Below are positions 24,770-38,614 of a stretch of DNA of 64,000 nucleotides, one piece after another. Below the pieces are notes generated by a model. That model saw only the letters and a program-made list of their open reading frames with translations, made no database searches and was not told where the DNA came from. Source of the stretch: Felis catus. Its lineage: Eukaryota. The DNA lies in contig NC_058368.1 in NCBI RefSeq assembly GCF_018350175.1, positions 202,432,001 through 202,496,000 on the forward strand, read 5' to 3'. How positions within the stretch are numbered: position 1 is the first letter of the stretch; the number at the start of each line of letters is the position of its first letter. Position numbers and translations under genes: made by a program.

Positions 24770-25950
24770 GTTAGAGACAGGGAGGAGATGAACCCCACCT
24801 GGGCTGGGATTGGATAAAAGAGAGTAGTGGCATTAAATTTAGGTTGACCATTGCAGTAATAAGACTAAATGTGGAGGTTGAATTTGGATTTTAGGAAGAG
24901 GAAATCCCAGACATTTGCTAGGCAGTGGCAAAAACAAAGAATCTGGAAAATAGTCTTCTTAAATTTAGCTAAGGACCATGTATGTACAAAAAAAGATAAG
25001 TTTCAAGATATAGATTTGGGATACACTAGAAGATTCTGGATGATTACATTTCATTTTGCATGCAATAGGGAAGTCTGGATACAAATAGAAAGTAATTTAC
25101 TAGGGCAGGTAGAAACAGGAAAATTAGTAAGCAGAATAATGATATAATAACTTCATATAAAATGCTGGCAATGGAACAAAGAGAAAAGCTGCATATGAAA
25201 ACTATTGTATTAGAAGGATGTAAGACTGGGCAAATGATCAAATGCCAGAGCTGGCTGACAGAGGAGTCAGGGATAATTTTTAAGTTTTATGCCTCGTGGG
25301 TGACCGAAAGGAAGAAGAGAGGAGGGTGGGGGATGGAAGAAGAAGGAGGAGAAGAAGCATTAGCAGCAGCAGCAGCAGCAGCAGCAGTGGTAGCTATGCT
25401 ATAATAAACAGAAATAAAAATATCAGGGGAATTATTTGGGGGCCATAAGGTTAATTGGTGTAGATTTCACCCTGTTGAGATGGCTGTTCCATTGGGACTA
25501 ACTATCATGAATATAGTTAGAAATCCATAACTCCATCTCAGAAGTTAAGGCCAGTGATGGATTTGAGAACCACTTATTTAACATATTAGTTACGTTGACA
25601 TATTATGTTCACGTATTAGCATTTGGGGGTTGATGTGACCAAAGGAGGGAGTAAATGGAGGGTTGAAAAGCTGGGTGAGATGATCACATAGACTGCCGAC
25701 TTTAATAGAGGAAGAAGAGGAGTCAGATAAAGGTTGAGGAAAATAAACTTCTGCTAATTTATAAATACAAGTGAGACACTACGAAAATGCAGAATCTTAG
25801 AAACTAAAGGTTTGAGAGAGTTTCAGGTAGGAGGAGTAAACAACACTGTAAAATGCAAGAGTAAATGTACCAATACAAGGCCATTAATGTTGGCAGTTAG
25901 AAGATTAACACACAATGAAAAAATGCAGTTGCAGAAGGGGGAGGTAGAAA
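24770..25950 (-). mobile_element. Old L2 remnants
   Basis: Purine-rich stretch with degenerate reverse-L2 motifs (ccattgcagtaat, gaggagtcagggataatttttaagtttt, atgttggcagttagaag). Boundaries approximate. Confidence 0.4.
25362..25387. repeat. (CAG)8 trinucleotide repeat preceded by a GAA/GGA-rich tract
   Basis: Direct reading; intronic. Confidence 0.95.
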
Positions 25951-26370
25951 ACCTGTTTACTTTTCCTGGATTGGTACAGATCTTACTACTTTGGTAGGGA
26001 TTAAATTCCCATTCCATTAGCTCATTTTAATAAATAAGATTAGCTAAAACATATTGCACCTTCTACCCATCTCATATTCTCATTGGGTAAATTGCTATGT
26101 TTACTTGAAAACATCTAAATGTCTTCAAATATGGTTTAACTTAGTTTTGTCCATATGTTAGGTTAATTTTTTCCACAGTTAGGATCTTGGGAATGTTTTA
26201 CTGTGTTAAGAAAGCTAGTATATTTTTGCTTCAAATAGCCTGTATTTGAATTGTCTGTGTTTTCTGTGTTTTTCTGTGTATCTTCACTCCACACTGCCCA
26301 TAGGCAATAATGTGGCCTTGCAGGATATCAAGGCATTAGAGCAAATAACAGGCTTGATTAAGAAAACTTC

Positions 26371-26608
26371 TTTTTTTTATATATTTTATTTTTATTTGAG
26401 AGACAGAGAGAGAGGGAGGGAGAGGGAGAGAGAGGGAGAGAACATACAAACAAGCAGGGGAGAAGGGCAGAGGGAAAGAGAGAATCTTAAGCAGGGCCCA
26501 TGCTCAGCACAGCGCCCAATGCAGGGCTCAATCCCATGATCCAGGGATCATGACCAGAGCCAAAATCAAGAGTTGGATGCTCAACTGACTGAGCCACCCA
26601 GGCACCCC
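26371..26608 (-). mobile_element. Can-SINE
   Basis: Reverse body ending gagccacccaggcacccc. Confidence 0.92.
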
Positions 26609-26841
26609 AGAAAGACTCCTTTGCAAAGCTTAGGAAAGGCACATGTCCTATAAAGTATCAACCCCAATATGAGTATTCTGTAAGTAGTGAGATTTGTAAG
26701 GTGATGAAGGATGTCTGAGAACCCCTCAGATCAAAGTTCAGGTATTGGTTGCTGAGATTTGGCAGGGTGAATTGCCACTGATAGTACTATAAAAAGACAG
26801 TATTTATGATAAGGCACTTCATTTTTCAACAGATATGTGTC

Positions 26842-27088
26842 CAAAAATGGGTGAAGGGGAGTGGGAATTATAAGCTTCCAGTTATGAAATGAGTAAGTCA
26901 CCGGGATAAAAGGTGCAGTGTAGGGAGTGTAGTCAGTAGTATTGTAACAGCATGTTATGAGGCCAGATGGTAGCTGGGCTTGTGGTGAACACCGCATAAC
27001 AGCAGATAGACTTGTTGAATCACTGTGTTGTATACCTAAAACTCATGTAACATTTTGTGTCAACTGTACCTCAGTTAAAAAAAAAAAA
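26842..27088 (+). mobile_element. 5'-truncated carnivore L1 (3' UTR plus polyA)
   Basis: aaaatgggtgaaggggagtgggaattataagcttccagttatg...ttgaatcactgtgttgtatacctaaaac...polyA. TSD AGATATGT(G/A)TC at 26831-26841 and 27089-27099. Confidence 0.9.
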
Positions 27089-28591
27089 AGATATGTATCT
27101 AATCCTCAGGCTATTGGACTTTTAAAAATTGAGTCAGTTTTAAATAAAATTTGAAAAATAATTGCAAGGACTATATGTTTAATAAAATCCAGCTGGATAT
27201 TCATTTATTTATTTAGATTGATAAATAATTTGGTTTAGAAACATGGCCAAGTTATGGTTCATATCTAAAAATGTAATTTTTAGGAATGAGTCTTAAGTGA
27301 GAAATAGGACAGGTTTGTTACATAATTTGACTTCAACCGTAGGTGAAAGAGGAGCCACATATAAATCTGTTATCAAGGATTTAACCAGAAGTTCTTTCCT
27401 CCATTCCACTTAGTTACAAATATTTTATTCCATCGGGGGCGGGGGGAGAGTCTTTCATTCAATAGTTAGAGAGACAAATTTAAAGACAAGCACCTCGAGT
27501 AATGAAATACGGTAGTTTTAAAATTTTCTTTAAGGCCTTAAGTTAGAAATATTCGGCATCAGATTATTTCAGCTACTACAGGTATTATAAAGGGGAAGGG
27601 AAGCCTGAAGGATGATGAGAAACTTTTGTTAGGGAAGTAGGGTTGTCTTTATTTACCACAAGCTTTAGAGGGATACAAGTGGGTAGAAAGAAAGAAAGAA
27701 GCATCACTGAATTTTGAATTCTTTAAAGTTTAATATCACAGATCAATCCTTATTATGCTGCTTTTTCTCCTCTAAAAATTCATGGGGAAAATGGATTCTT
27801 AACACAAAAAATAATTTCTCAGTGATAATTAAGCTTACAGCTATTAGTGATACATTAATTATGATTGAAATACTATTTTATTTTGTCTCTTTTGTCTACT
27901 TTCAGTACAAGGTAAAAATGGTTACCTAGGTAATCTACTGTAATGGTCAAGACTTGTTTTCCAGTGAGTTCCCTCTCTGCTGGTTTTTCAGACAAACTTT
28001 CTATATAACAGGTTCTGTACTCTACACTATGCATACATCAATGCTTACAGTCTTCCTGCAGAGAAACTCAAGAGTAGTAGAAGAAGTTCAAGGCAGTTAA
28101 ATACCCTGCCCAAACCTATGGAGCTAGTAGAACTAGGATTTGAACGCTACTCTGCCTTCAAAGTCCAACTAAGAGCTTTTATAAATGTTGTCTGTATAAA
28201 GCAGGGTGAATGGAAGCAGTACACCAAATACAATCCACCAAACCAAGAATCAAATCCAAAACTTCTTTGTTTTCAGGCTTTCTCGCCTCATAATATATTA
28301 CTAATCTCTGTTTCCTTTTTAATTTGCCTTAATGTCTTCTATGTTATAAAAATCCTCAATTAGTAAAACTCCAGATTTATAGAAATAATAAGTCAAGAAA
28401 TTATTTGCTACATTAATTACTTTTTGTCTTATAAAAAGGATTACTTTAAATATCCCTACTGAAATGTATGTTTCCAGTCAAAATTCAATTAATTTATCTT
28501 CTTAGCATTTGTTATTCTATATACTGTCTACATTCACTGCAGAGGTTAAACAGAAGATAAAATACAGTTTTGAATTTCAGAGGACTTGTAT

Positions 28592-28702
28592 CCATGAGCA
28601 CTGTATAGAATTGTTGAATCACTATATGGTACATCCGAAACAAATTGTATGTTAACTATCCTGGAATTAAATTGAAAACTTAATAAAATTAGAAAAAAAA
28701 AA
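28592..28702 (+). mobile_element. Very short L1 3' end with A tail
   Basis: atgagcactgtatagaattgttgaatcactatatggtacatccgaaac...tgtatgttaactat followed by an A-rich tail. Confidence 0.75.
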
Positions 28703-29061
28703 GAACTTGAACCCAGTAGTGATGGAGGAAATAAAAACAAATAATTAGTAACAAAAGAGAAACAAAAATAAGCATACTGAAAATATATGTTGCTCTGAGG
28801 TTAAAAAAAAACAACTAAGAAATTCAGTGTCAGAACAAGGCATGAAGGGTATGTAGAGTGCTAATGGGAAAAGGAATTAATAGAATAGAAGAAACTATCT
28901 ATTGTACATGTACCTAGGTGAGCATGATGCCAAGGGAAGTGCATGTACTCTCTTGCTTAAGACATGAGGTTCTTGCCATAAAGTGTGAAAGAAAAGGCTG
29001 GGAGGGAAGGAAGATGCCTTGAAAACCATGCTGAGTTATTTTTACTTAAGAGAGTCGTTGA

Positions 29062-29270
29062 TTTTTTTTTTTATGTTTATTTATTTTTGAGAGAGAGACA
29101 GAGCACGAGCAGGGGAGGGGCAGAGAGCAAGGGAGACACAGAATCCGAAGCAGGCTCCAGGCTCTGAGCTGTCAGCACAGAGCCTGACGCAGGACTCGAA
29201 CCCACGAACTGTGAGATCATGACCTGCGCTGAAGTTGGACACTTAACCGACTGAGCCACCCAGGTGCCCC
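29062..29270 (-). mobile_element. Can-SINE (felid)
   Basis: TSD AAGAGAGTC(G/A)TTGA at 29048-29061 and 29271-29284. Confidence 0.95.
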
Positions 29271-30329
29271 AAGAGAGTCATTGATGGTTTTTGACCTGGC
29301 AAGTTATGTGTTAGATAAGTCGCTCTGGGACTGATGGGCAGAATTGACCAGATTCCTTAGACAGGAGGCTTGAGTTATTCTAAGCAAGCACTAGTTCTGC
29401 CCAAAGTAGATGACAATGGGAACAGAAAGAGGAATTGATAGGAAAGATTATTCCATACTAAGATGTATAGGACTCAGAAATTGAAAATTAAGGAAAAGAC
29501 TGAGCCTGAGTATTCAAGAGATATTTCAGAGCAAAAAGTCAAGAAAAGAAACTTGTGGGCAGGTAGACAAGAGAGTCTCATGAGGTCACTTTTCAGAAGC
29601 ATATTCTTTGCTTAAAAAAACAGAAGTTATATCATACTTTTAGAGTGGGTGACAACTGTATTTTCCTTGGCTAGATAAGGAATGAATCCATGTTAGCTCA
29701 GGAAAGTGTTATATTATGCAAAGTCTATAACAAGATCTGTGTTTATGTCTGTAAAATAGAGTCAGTGATACTTTAAAAGGAAATTATAAGGTTTAATAGA
29801 GCTTTATATTGATAATGAGATTCCTGATGGCTTCAGACCATATTAAGTACCACTAATAAAAAGCTATGGCGTGATAAAAATTATTGCTATAACAATACTA
29901 GATGGCACTTTATCCTCTTCATTTCTTCTATTGAGTAAGAGGGATAGAATGTGTTGTTTTTCTTTAAAAATATCTTCTGTCTTAATGAGAGAAATGCAAG
30001 AATGTCTGTAAAAGTGAGTATCTTTCAGTGGGCTTCTGGGTGCTCCCCACAAAACTGGATTTCTTTTGGTAAGGAAAGGTAAATGAATACAAAGTAGGCC
30101 ACCGGCATTGTGTACCACAGTTTGTTATATGCTAGGATGTATGATGTGCATGTATTATTTCATTTGATCTGTATAGAAAACCCTATTTCTATAATAATCT
30201 TCATTTTACAGATGAGAAGATTTAAGATGAGAGCATTTAAGTAACTTGTCTCCAAATTAAACAGCTGGTGAGAATTTCTAGTTGAAGATAGTTGCAGTGG
30301 GAATTGTAAAGGGCAAATGGATGAATACA

Positions 30330-30800
30330 ACTTATACATAGATATAAGAACCAAGCAGCCTTGGTGACTGATCAAGTGTGAGATTGAACAGATTTAAGGC
30401 CAGGAGTCTTCTAGGATTCCTCCGGGGTTTCTGGCTTGCAAATAAGGTATAGAGTTGTTCCATCCCCTGGCATAGGGGACATGTGAGAAATACATATGCA
30501 AGGAGAAGATGAGTTTGAGCATGTGCCTGCTGTAAGACATGAGTGTGAGATATGCACGGGGATAGACTTAATAGGCTGCTGATTATGAGGATTAGGAGGC
30601 TTACAAGACAGGAATGGACTGGAGGTGGAGCTTTGGAGTCATCAGTTATGAATTAATCATAAAGACATGGATGAGTGTGTGATATTGCTCAAAGAGCATG
30701 TGTAGAAGAGAAGATAAAAGAGCTACGCTGACACCCAGCAGCCTTCAAGGGGAGGGCAGAGAGACAAGCTCACAGATGGGACTGATAAGAGTGTCCAGAA
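30330..30800 (-). mobile_element. L2 remnant
   Basis: ggagtcttctaggattcctccggggtttctggcttg..., ggactggaggtggagctttggagtcatcag resemble reverse L2. Confidence 0.55.
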
Positions 30801-31750
30801 AAGTGAAAATCCTCAGGGTACACACGGTTTCATTTTAGAGTTCAATGATGTCACTTCTTTGGGAAATAGCTATTACAATATTGCATCTCCTCTACATCTC
30901 TCCTCTGTCCTTGGTGTATTCAGTGGCACATTTTGCATTTCCATTAAAAGAGTAGGAAAAAAAAAGAGAAAATATGTCATTGAAATTGACAGTGCATGAT
31001 GTATGATTGGCGTGGGTATATGTATACTTGTCTATAAATGCGAAGATAAGTTTTGACACAAGACTGATGAAATCTTCAAACCGACAAGCATTTACTTTTA
31101 CATAATCCTGGGGGTAGGGACAAGGGGAGAGAAGACCTATTACAGTTCTTTCTTGTACTACTTGTACCTATGAAAGGTATATGCAGTTGTATATCTTGCC
31201 AAAATGTAACCCAAGTAGTCTAAGAAGGAGAAGTAATGTAAAATAAAGGTATCTTGGTTAACAGAAATTTCTGTCATAGAAATTTACATCATTTACACAA
31301 CAAAACTGCCAGAAGAGGATACCTATGACCAGGATGATGTAACTCATATTTCTGGAGACTATTTCATGATGATAGGGTTGTGCTAGTCGATCTGCTTCTT
31401 CATGTTTATATGTATAGACTTGTAACAAATATGCAGTCTGTTCACTACAGGGTCAATAGACTTTAAATAACCCTCGTGAAAATAACATTACAATCATCTT
31501 CAATGAATTCAATTACACTGTGTTAACCTGGAATAAAGTTCCTGGTTTTCTTCCAATTTTAATATAAGGTGAGATGAGAATGTTTCAAAAGGCAGCTAGT
31601 AATCATAAACATGTTGAAAATTAAATCAGAAATTTTAAGGAAGAATTATTTAGAAAAATAGAGGGAATATATTTAAAGTATTTGTTCAATGAAACAGTGG
31701 TAAAAGTGCAAGTTTTAAGTAGATTCTAGTTTAAAATCTAGAGTAGTCTC

Positions 31751-31967
31751 GGGGCACCTGGGTAGTTGAGTCGGTTAAATGTCTGACTTCAGCTCAGGTC
31801 ATGATCTCACGGTCTGTGAGTTTGAACTCTGTGTCGGGCTCTGTGCTGACAGCTCAGAGCCTGGAGCCTGTTTCAGATTCTGTGTCTCCCTCTCTCTTTG
31901 CCCCTCCTCCCACGCATGCTCTGTCTCTCTTACTCTCAAACATAAATAAAACATAAAATTTTTTTTT
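31751..31967 (+). mobile_element. Can-SINE (felid), about 620 bp upstream of exon 2
   Basis: TSD AAAA(T/C)CTAGAGTAGTCT at 31733-31749 and 31968-31984. Confidence 0.95.
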
Positions 31968-32562
31968 AAAACCTAGAGTAGTCTGTTCAATTATTTTTAA
32001 CCTCAGAACAAAATTGGTTTTTCTCATTTCAAACTAAAAAAGAAGGAAGCATAAATATTTGGAGTACTATGAAGCCATGGGCTAGCCTAAAGTTTATGGT
32101 TGACCTAATCTTTACTCCTAAGATATAATTTATATTACCAGTATTTTTAGTATCTTAGTGTTTGATTGATTGGTAATTTGACATATAAAGTACTTCAAAG
32201 CATCTCTAAAGAGTCTTCCCCGAAATGATTTTTTTTACGGTAGATCTTCTTGTTTTATGCTTCTCCTTTATTTCCATGCATATTACTTGTTAAATATAGG
32301 GGAGGTTGTCTTTGTTCTTTTATCAGGTAAATGGAGGATTGAGTGTTCTTGAATTTATCTCTGTAATACTTTATATCAAATAATTTTTAGAATTCTATAA
32401 ACAATGGATTGCTTTAGGAATATATTAATTAGATTTTCATTTGTAACCATTGAAGGAGTTACCATATTTACAGAACAAACACTTCATTCTTGTACTCATT
32501 TATTTAACCATAAGTCATTAAATTTCTTTATGATGGGGCAAAGAATGGTTATTGTCTATTAA

Positions 32563-33051
<489 letters not shown>

Positions 33052-34404
33052 TGAGATTGTTAACTATCACTTTTAAAATGAACACCTGTGCAATGTGTAA
33101 TAAGTTTTATGAGATTCAAGAAGAAAAATTCTACTCATTCTTTTTGGTGCATAAGTGATGTATTTGTACCTTCAAAAGATATGGTCAAATACTGGATTTG
33201 AATCAACTGAAAAAAATAGTGATTATAAAACATTTGTTTTATGCCAATTAAGTCTCTTTAAAAACAAATCCCCTCTAATCAACAAATGTTTATCCTAACC
33301 AATGCAGTCCCTTCTCTACCATGGGAAGTTTCTTTTTATTTAATATGAATACATCAAGTACCATCTTTGAACAAAGATGTGTAGGGTCTGATTGCTAATC
33401 TAGTTTGCATCATTAGTTCTGTGAGATAATCTGGTTTATATTTCATCTAACACTAAAATTTCAGAGAATTTGTGTTTGAAGAAAAAACTTTGAAAAAGTA
33501 TTTCCAAGTTGTATATATAGAGACTAATTTCAGCATAATAATTTGCTCAGTGTTATGCTTTGCCTGTAATTAATTATTATAGTTTTGCCCTATTAATTCG
33601 TTTCAAAATACGGAAAAACAGGATACCCTGGGGAGAAATTATTACATAGAAAACACAAATAGTACAGTGCATAAATACAGTGAATCTGGCCAATGTTTTG
33701 CTGAAGAGGGCATCTGTTGTTCTTAGGCAGTGTGTGGGTCCTGAAAGGGCTCAGCCAACTGGAGTTTCCAAGGATCTGAGTTAAATGTGCCATCACTGAG
33801 CAAAGGAGTTTATGTCCCTAATTCCAGAGTATGCATAATAACCTTTTTGACTTTATTTTCCTTCTAAGTCTGCTTTTTTACATTAATTATAACCTGAATT
33901 TTACTGTTTGCATAAAAATGAGGGTCAAAAAGGCCCGGAGTCTCTAAACCAGCACTAATGACAACAGTATACTGGCAATAGATTAGTTATTGCTTTACTC
34001 ACTACCAAAATGCTTTTAAACATGTTTGGGAAGAATTATGTTTTGGAATTTAGGTTTAAACCAGTCATAGAATAGAAATTCTGTGAACATTCACTCTGCT
34101 TTCTGTGAGACAGTAGCTTTGTTTTGTGTGTGCCTGTCAATGACATTTTGGTTCACAGGATTTCAGAAAATGACATACAATAATAAAACACTGTGTAAGA
34201 CACTGCTGAAAGGCATAAAAATGGGTCATTCTTAAAATATGGATATGGATTATATTCAAAATCAAAAGAAGCACGTTTGAGAAATTGGATTCATCTTGTA
34301 ATGTGTCTCTATATAGCACATTCCATCTAAAATGTAATAAATGTTTGGTTCTTAAAATCTGTTATACCAGTTTGAGATTAATATCAAATCAAGATGATTA
34401 TTGA

Positions 34405-34580
34405 TAATAATAGTTAATATTTATTGAGGGCTTATTATATGTCAAATGATATATTGTATTCTTTACATGGATTAGTTCCCTTTCCTAATTTTGGTAGCTT
34501 GCCCAGAAAACTGGAGTGGTAAAAGCTGGACCTGGGATTCTAACCTTCTAATCTGACCCCAGGGCAAATGCTTTTAACAT
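34405..34580 (-). mobile_element. MIR fragment
   Basis: ataatagttaatatttattgagggcttattatatgtcaaa...ctgggattctaacc...tctgaccccagggc. Confidence 0.6.
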
Positions 34581-37500
34581 TTTATAACATTATATAACAA
34601 AACTGTATAGTTTCTCACTATTACATGCATTCTTTCAATGATAAATACCTTAATATTCCACTGTTGTATAGATTGAATAAGAAATTGTAGGAAACTTTTC
34701 TTAACAAAGATTGTGTCTGTGCAACATTAGAGTTGAACATTTACCTCTTAAAACATGGTCACAAGCATGTTTTTTTTTTTTTTATGAATATCCTGTAAGA
34801 AGAAAAGTCATTGCTATAAATAGCCAGGCAATTAAAAATACAGTGGGCAATGTGACTATTTGCAGTGTCTTGTAGTTTTAACCCAATTACCCTAGGGAGT
34901 GGTAGCAGGATAAACAGATGGTGTCCTATCAGATAAAATGGCAGGCCACGCAGTCATAGAAGAGGACACTCCTTACACTGTTGCCCTCTGGTTCCTGGCA
35001 GTGGTGACAGGCACCTAGATCTGTGTAACATGATGGTGTTTTAAAGATGCCATGATATAGTTCAGGGTCATCAGCTTTCTGCCATCATTACTATAAAATG
35101 CAATTTAATATGCACTTACAGAAATTGGGTAGCCAAACACATTGAGCCTAGAGGTGTGGGTTGGCAAGATCTTTCTTATAAATAAATGATCTTGATGATA
35201 AAATGAACCATAAGCTCATTTAAGTGAAGAATGTTTTCTTGATTATATGATGTATGTGGAGAATCACATATATCAGTGATATTTAATGTCTGCTAGTAAT
35301 ACTGTTAAACAGGGAAGAAACAGGAATAATTAATCCAGAATTTGATACAAATTATTTCATCACCTACATGATTCAAACCAAAAGCAGAGAGAAACTTGAA
35401 TGGTTCCAAAGTGGCGGCTCTTTACCTGATTTTTATAAATGCCACTGGGATGTGTTTACATGTAGAACATACAACAAATAAATCCGAAGAATTTGCTCTG
35501 TGAGCATTTGGCATAAGACTGCAGAGGAAGATGTGAGTTCACCCACATGTCTTTGAGTTCTGAGTGTTTTAGTACCAAGCTGGCTAATGCTAAATTCAGC
35601 AAATTTGGGGAAGTAATGTGTGAAGTCTGGAAGCTGCCACTGTTCTAAATGAATCATTCCCAAGGAAAGTGGCTGCCTTCTATAGGAAACTGCTTCCATC
35701 TTCAATGATGCATTTTTTTTTTTTCGGTCTGAATTAGTTCAACTGAAAAACAACAAGAAGTGCCAAAGCCAAATAAATTAGAGAAATATTGTGAATGAAA
35801 TGCAGAAACTTTAAAATTTAGCCCTTATGTTACTGTCATTACTAAAGTTGAATGTAGTGGCTAATGTAGAAGGAAAGAGGTGATTTGGCCAACTAATTTC
35901 TGAAATACTTGGTGTTAAGGAGTCAGGAGGGAAGTTGTTTTCACAAGGCAATTAGATCAATGGCTTTAGGATGCAAAAGTAGAGAGCTCTCTGATGCTAT
36001 CCTGAAACTTTACACATGCTAGGTGACATGAAAATCTGTAGCAATTTGGATAAATCAGGCCAGAACATTCCTTTTCCTGTGATCTCCAGAAAACCTAGGT
36101 GCATCTTTCCCACTCTTGTATTTTGGTTGAAAAAAAAAACCATCCCCTTAATTCATCATGTTGTTGTTCATGTTATATTTCCAGTAAAGAGGGACTCAAG
36201 CCTGGGTGTTATTTTGTAACCCATCACAGAAGCAGCTCATTTTCTGTGAGCTAAAAGAAACAAAGTGAGGAAATCCCCCTCCCCCACCAAATAAAATGGC
36301 ACATCAGTAGAATTTAGGACCATCCCAAACCCTGAAGAGATAAAAGGTAGATTAAGAGGTTAGTAATGGGAGATTATTCAGTTAGCAAAGGTGAAGTGTT
36401 CTAGGATCCTTAAATCCTTCATTTGCTGATGTCAGTCACTTTATCAAAGAGGGATAACCCTTGATATTATTTGAGATTTAGGAAATAGTTATTGAAAAGA
36501 GACATATTCTCTGTAATGGTTATCTTTTTTGTAGGATTGTATGTCACATAAAGTGTAAAATCTTCATGCACAATGTAAAAAAAGTGTTGGAAATGCATGA
36601 CGCTTGTGTAATAAGTATGGCTTTGGAATACAGATGTATAATATTTTATTCTGTATTTCTTATCTCCTGTCCCCTCAATCTTCCTTGTGTAGATTTGAGA
36701 CATGCCATAATTAAATAAATCCATTTTAGGCTGGAAGAGGGCTTATGGTTCTGATCTTCATATATGTCTGTAGCAATTTCAGATGAATGTCTACGGAACA
36801 TTGAGATGCTCTTCTTGCAATCAATATTAGATTTTTATGTTAGCTTAGAGGTAGGTTTATATACGAAGTGTGTTTAAAAACAGAGCATTAATAAGGAAAT
36901 TTATTCCACAGGGAGCTGATGCAGACTGTGGTTTCTGTCTTTGGTTAATTTTAGCATTCTAATTGGTTTAGATTAGAAACTAACTCTTGCTATAAATTGC
37001 CTATCTATAATTACACAATACATACTCTAACTACTTTCATTTTTTAAGAAAACACATCGAACTCTAAGATTTGCTGTAAGCAAACACCAGTATTTTCCTA
37101 CACTTACCCCCCAACTAGAAGTAAGAGAGACTCGATTGCCTATCACATCAAATCTGTGTTTCTTTGCTGTGCCTTCAAGGCTCTCCAGCAAACTGTTCCC
37201 CCATCTCACCACTGTCACTTCACATTTGTACCCAACAACTCTCTCCTGTTTGTGTTTTAGTTCTACAGTGCTTGCAGAGAATGGTTCTTTCTGCTTCTGC
37301 AGTTTTGCATGTGCCACACCTCAGATGTGGAAAGCTTTTTTCTTTTTTTCTGTCATTCTTTTAAAAACTAGGCTGAATCTCATCTCCAGAAAATATTCGA
37401 CCTGGAGGGACTGGGCTGTAATGGTCAGTGCCTTTAATTTGGGTGGTTTTACTGGCCCTTCTTGCATTTGTTCATGCAGATAGCTTCGTTGCTAATGCTT

Positions 37501-37858
37501 ATTTATATGCATTTTCCTTTTCTTTTGCTGGGTATAGGCGTCTATAGGGAACAGTCCTTGTCAACTTTGCCTTTGACTCTCCTTGTACACTGGTACAGAG
37601 TTCTGAAAGGTTATCAGAGCATGCCTGTCCCCTAAATACATGGCAGTCCTCCATGTTCTAAATCCATTAAATAATTGCAAGGGAATATTCATTTTTTACT
37701 CCCAAGCAATTACTGAGTAGCTCCTATGTGCAGATGCTTCATGAGAGAATTCAAAGCAGATCCCAGCTTTCCAGCTTTGTAGGAAAAACAGACATGTGAG
37801 CAAATAATCACAGATGGTGTGGTAAGTGGCAGAATAAAGGAGGGAGTGAACAACAGAG

Positions 37859-37860
<2 letters not shown>

Positions 37861-37892
<32 letters not shown>
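37861..37892. repeat. T32 homopolymer
   Basis: Direct reading. Confidence 0.95.
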
Positions 37893-37894
<2 letters not shown>

Positions 37895-38211
37895 ACAAGA
37901 AGAGAGGCTCACAGTTATCTGAACTGAGTTTCAAAGCTGGAGTCTGAATTCCCAAGCTGACTGAATGGGAAAGGGAAGGGCATTCCAGTGAGATCTGAAG
38001 GACAGGCAGCCTGGCTCCGACAGCAGTTCCATATCTCCAGAATCTAGGTTGTAAAGGGAGTGAGTTTGGAGCTATAGACATGAATTTGTGCTAATGATGG
38101 ACCTAATAAGGTGTCATTGAGGCATTTAGGTAGAGGGGGTGCATTTTAGAGTGCTGCAGAATGAAGGGGATTAGAGACCACTGAGGATGGACTTAATAAT
38201 ACCAGTTAGGA

Positions 38212-38423
38212 GGGGCACCTGGGTGGCTCAGTAGGTTGAGTGACCTACTTCGGCTCAGGTCAAGATCTCACGGTTTGTGAGTTTGAGCCTCACATAGGGC
38301 TCTGTGCCAACAGCCCAGAGCCTGGAGCCTGCTTCTGATTCTGTGTCTCCCTCTCTCTCTGCCCCTCCCCACTCATGCTCTGTCTCTCTCTGTCTCAGAA
38401 ATAAATAAACATTAAAATAATCA
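38212..38423 (+). mobile_element. Can-SINE (felid)
   Basis: TSD TAATAATAC(C/T)AGTTAGGA at 38194-38211 and 38424-38441. Confidence 0.95.
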
Positions 38424-38614
38424 TAATAATACTAGTTAGGAGACAAATGTATCACACATTTGCCTACATCTATGCAGCAAGTGTGCTATTTAGTTTTCTA
38501 GAGGGAGATTTAACTTTTACAAGTATTCTTGCCCTTGAAATGTTTGTAGCAATAGTAAAATATGAGATGATCTTATATGAAGTCTTTTTTAATGTTTTAT
38601 AATTTCAGTGTCAA

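Noticed and set aside
25162..25404. ORF ending in poly-Ala from the (GCA)n repeat
   Set aside because: Short intronic repeat in L2-like sequence, with no splice or coding evidence.
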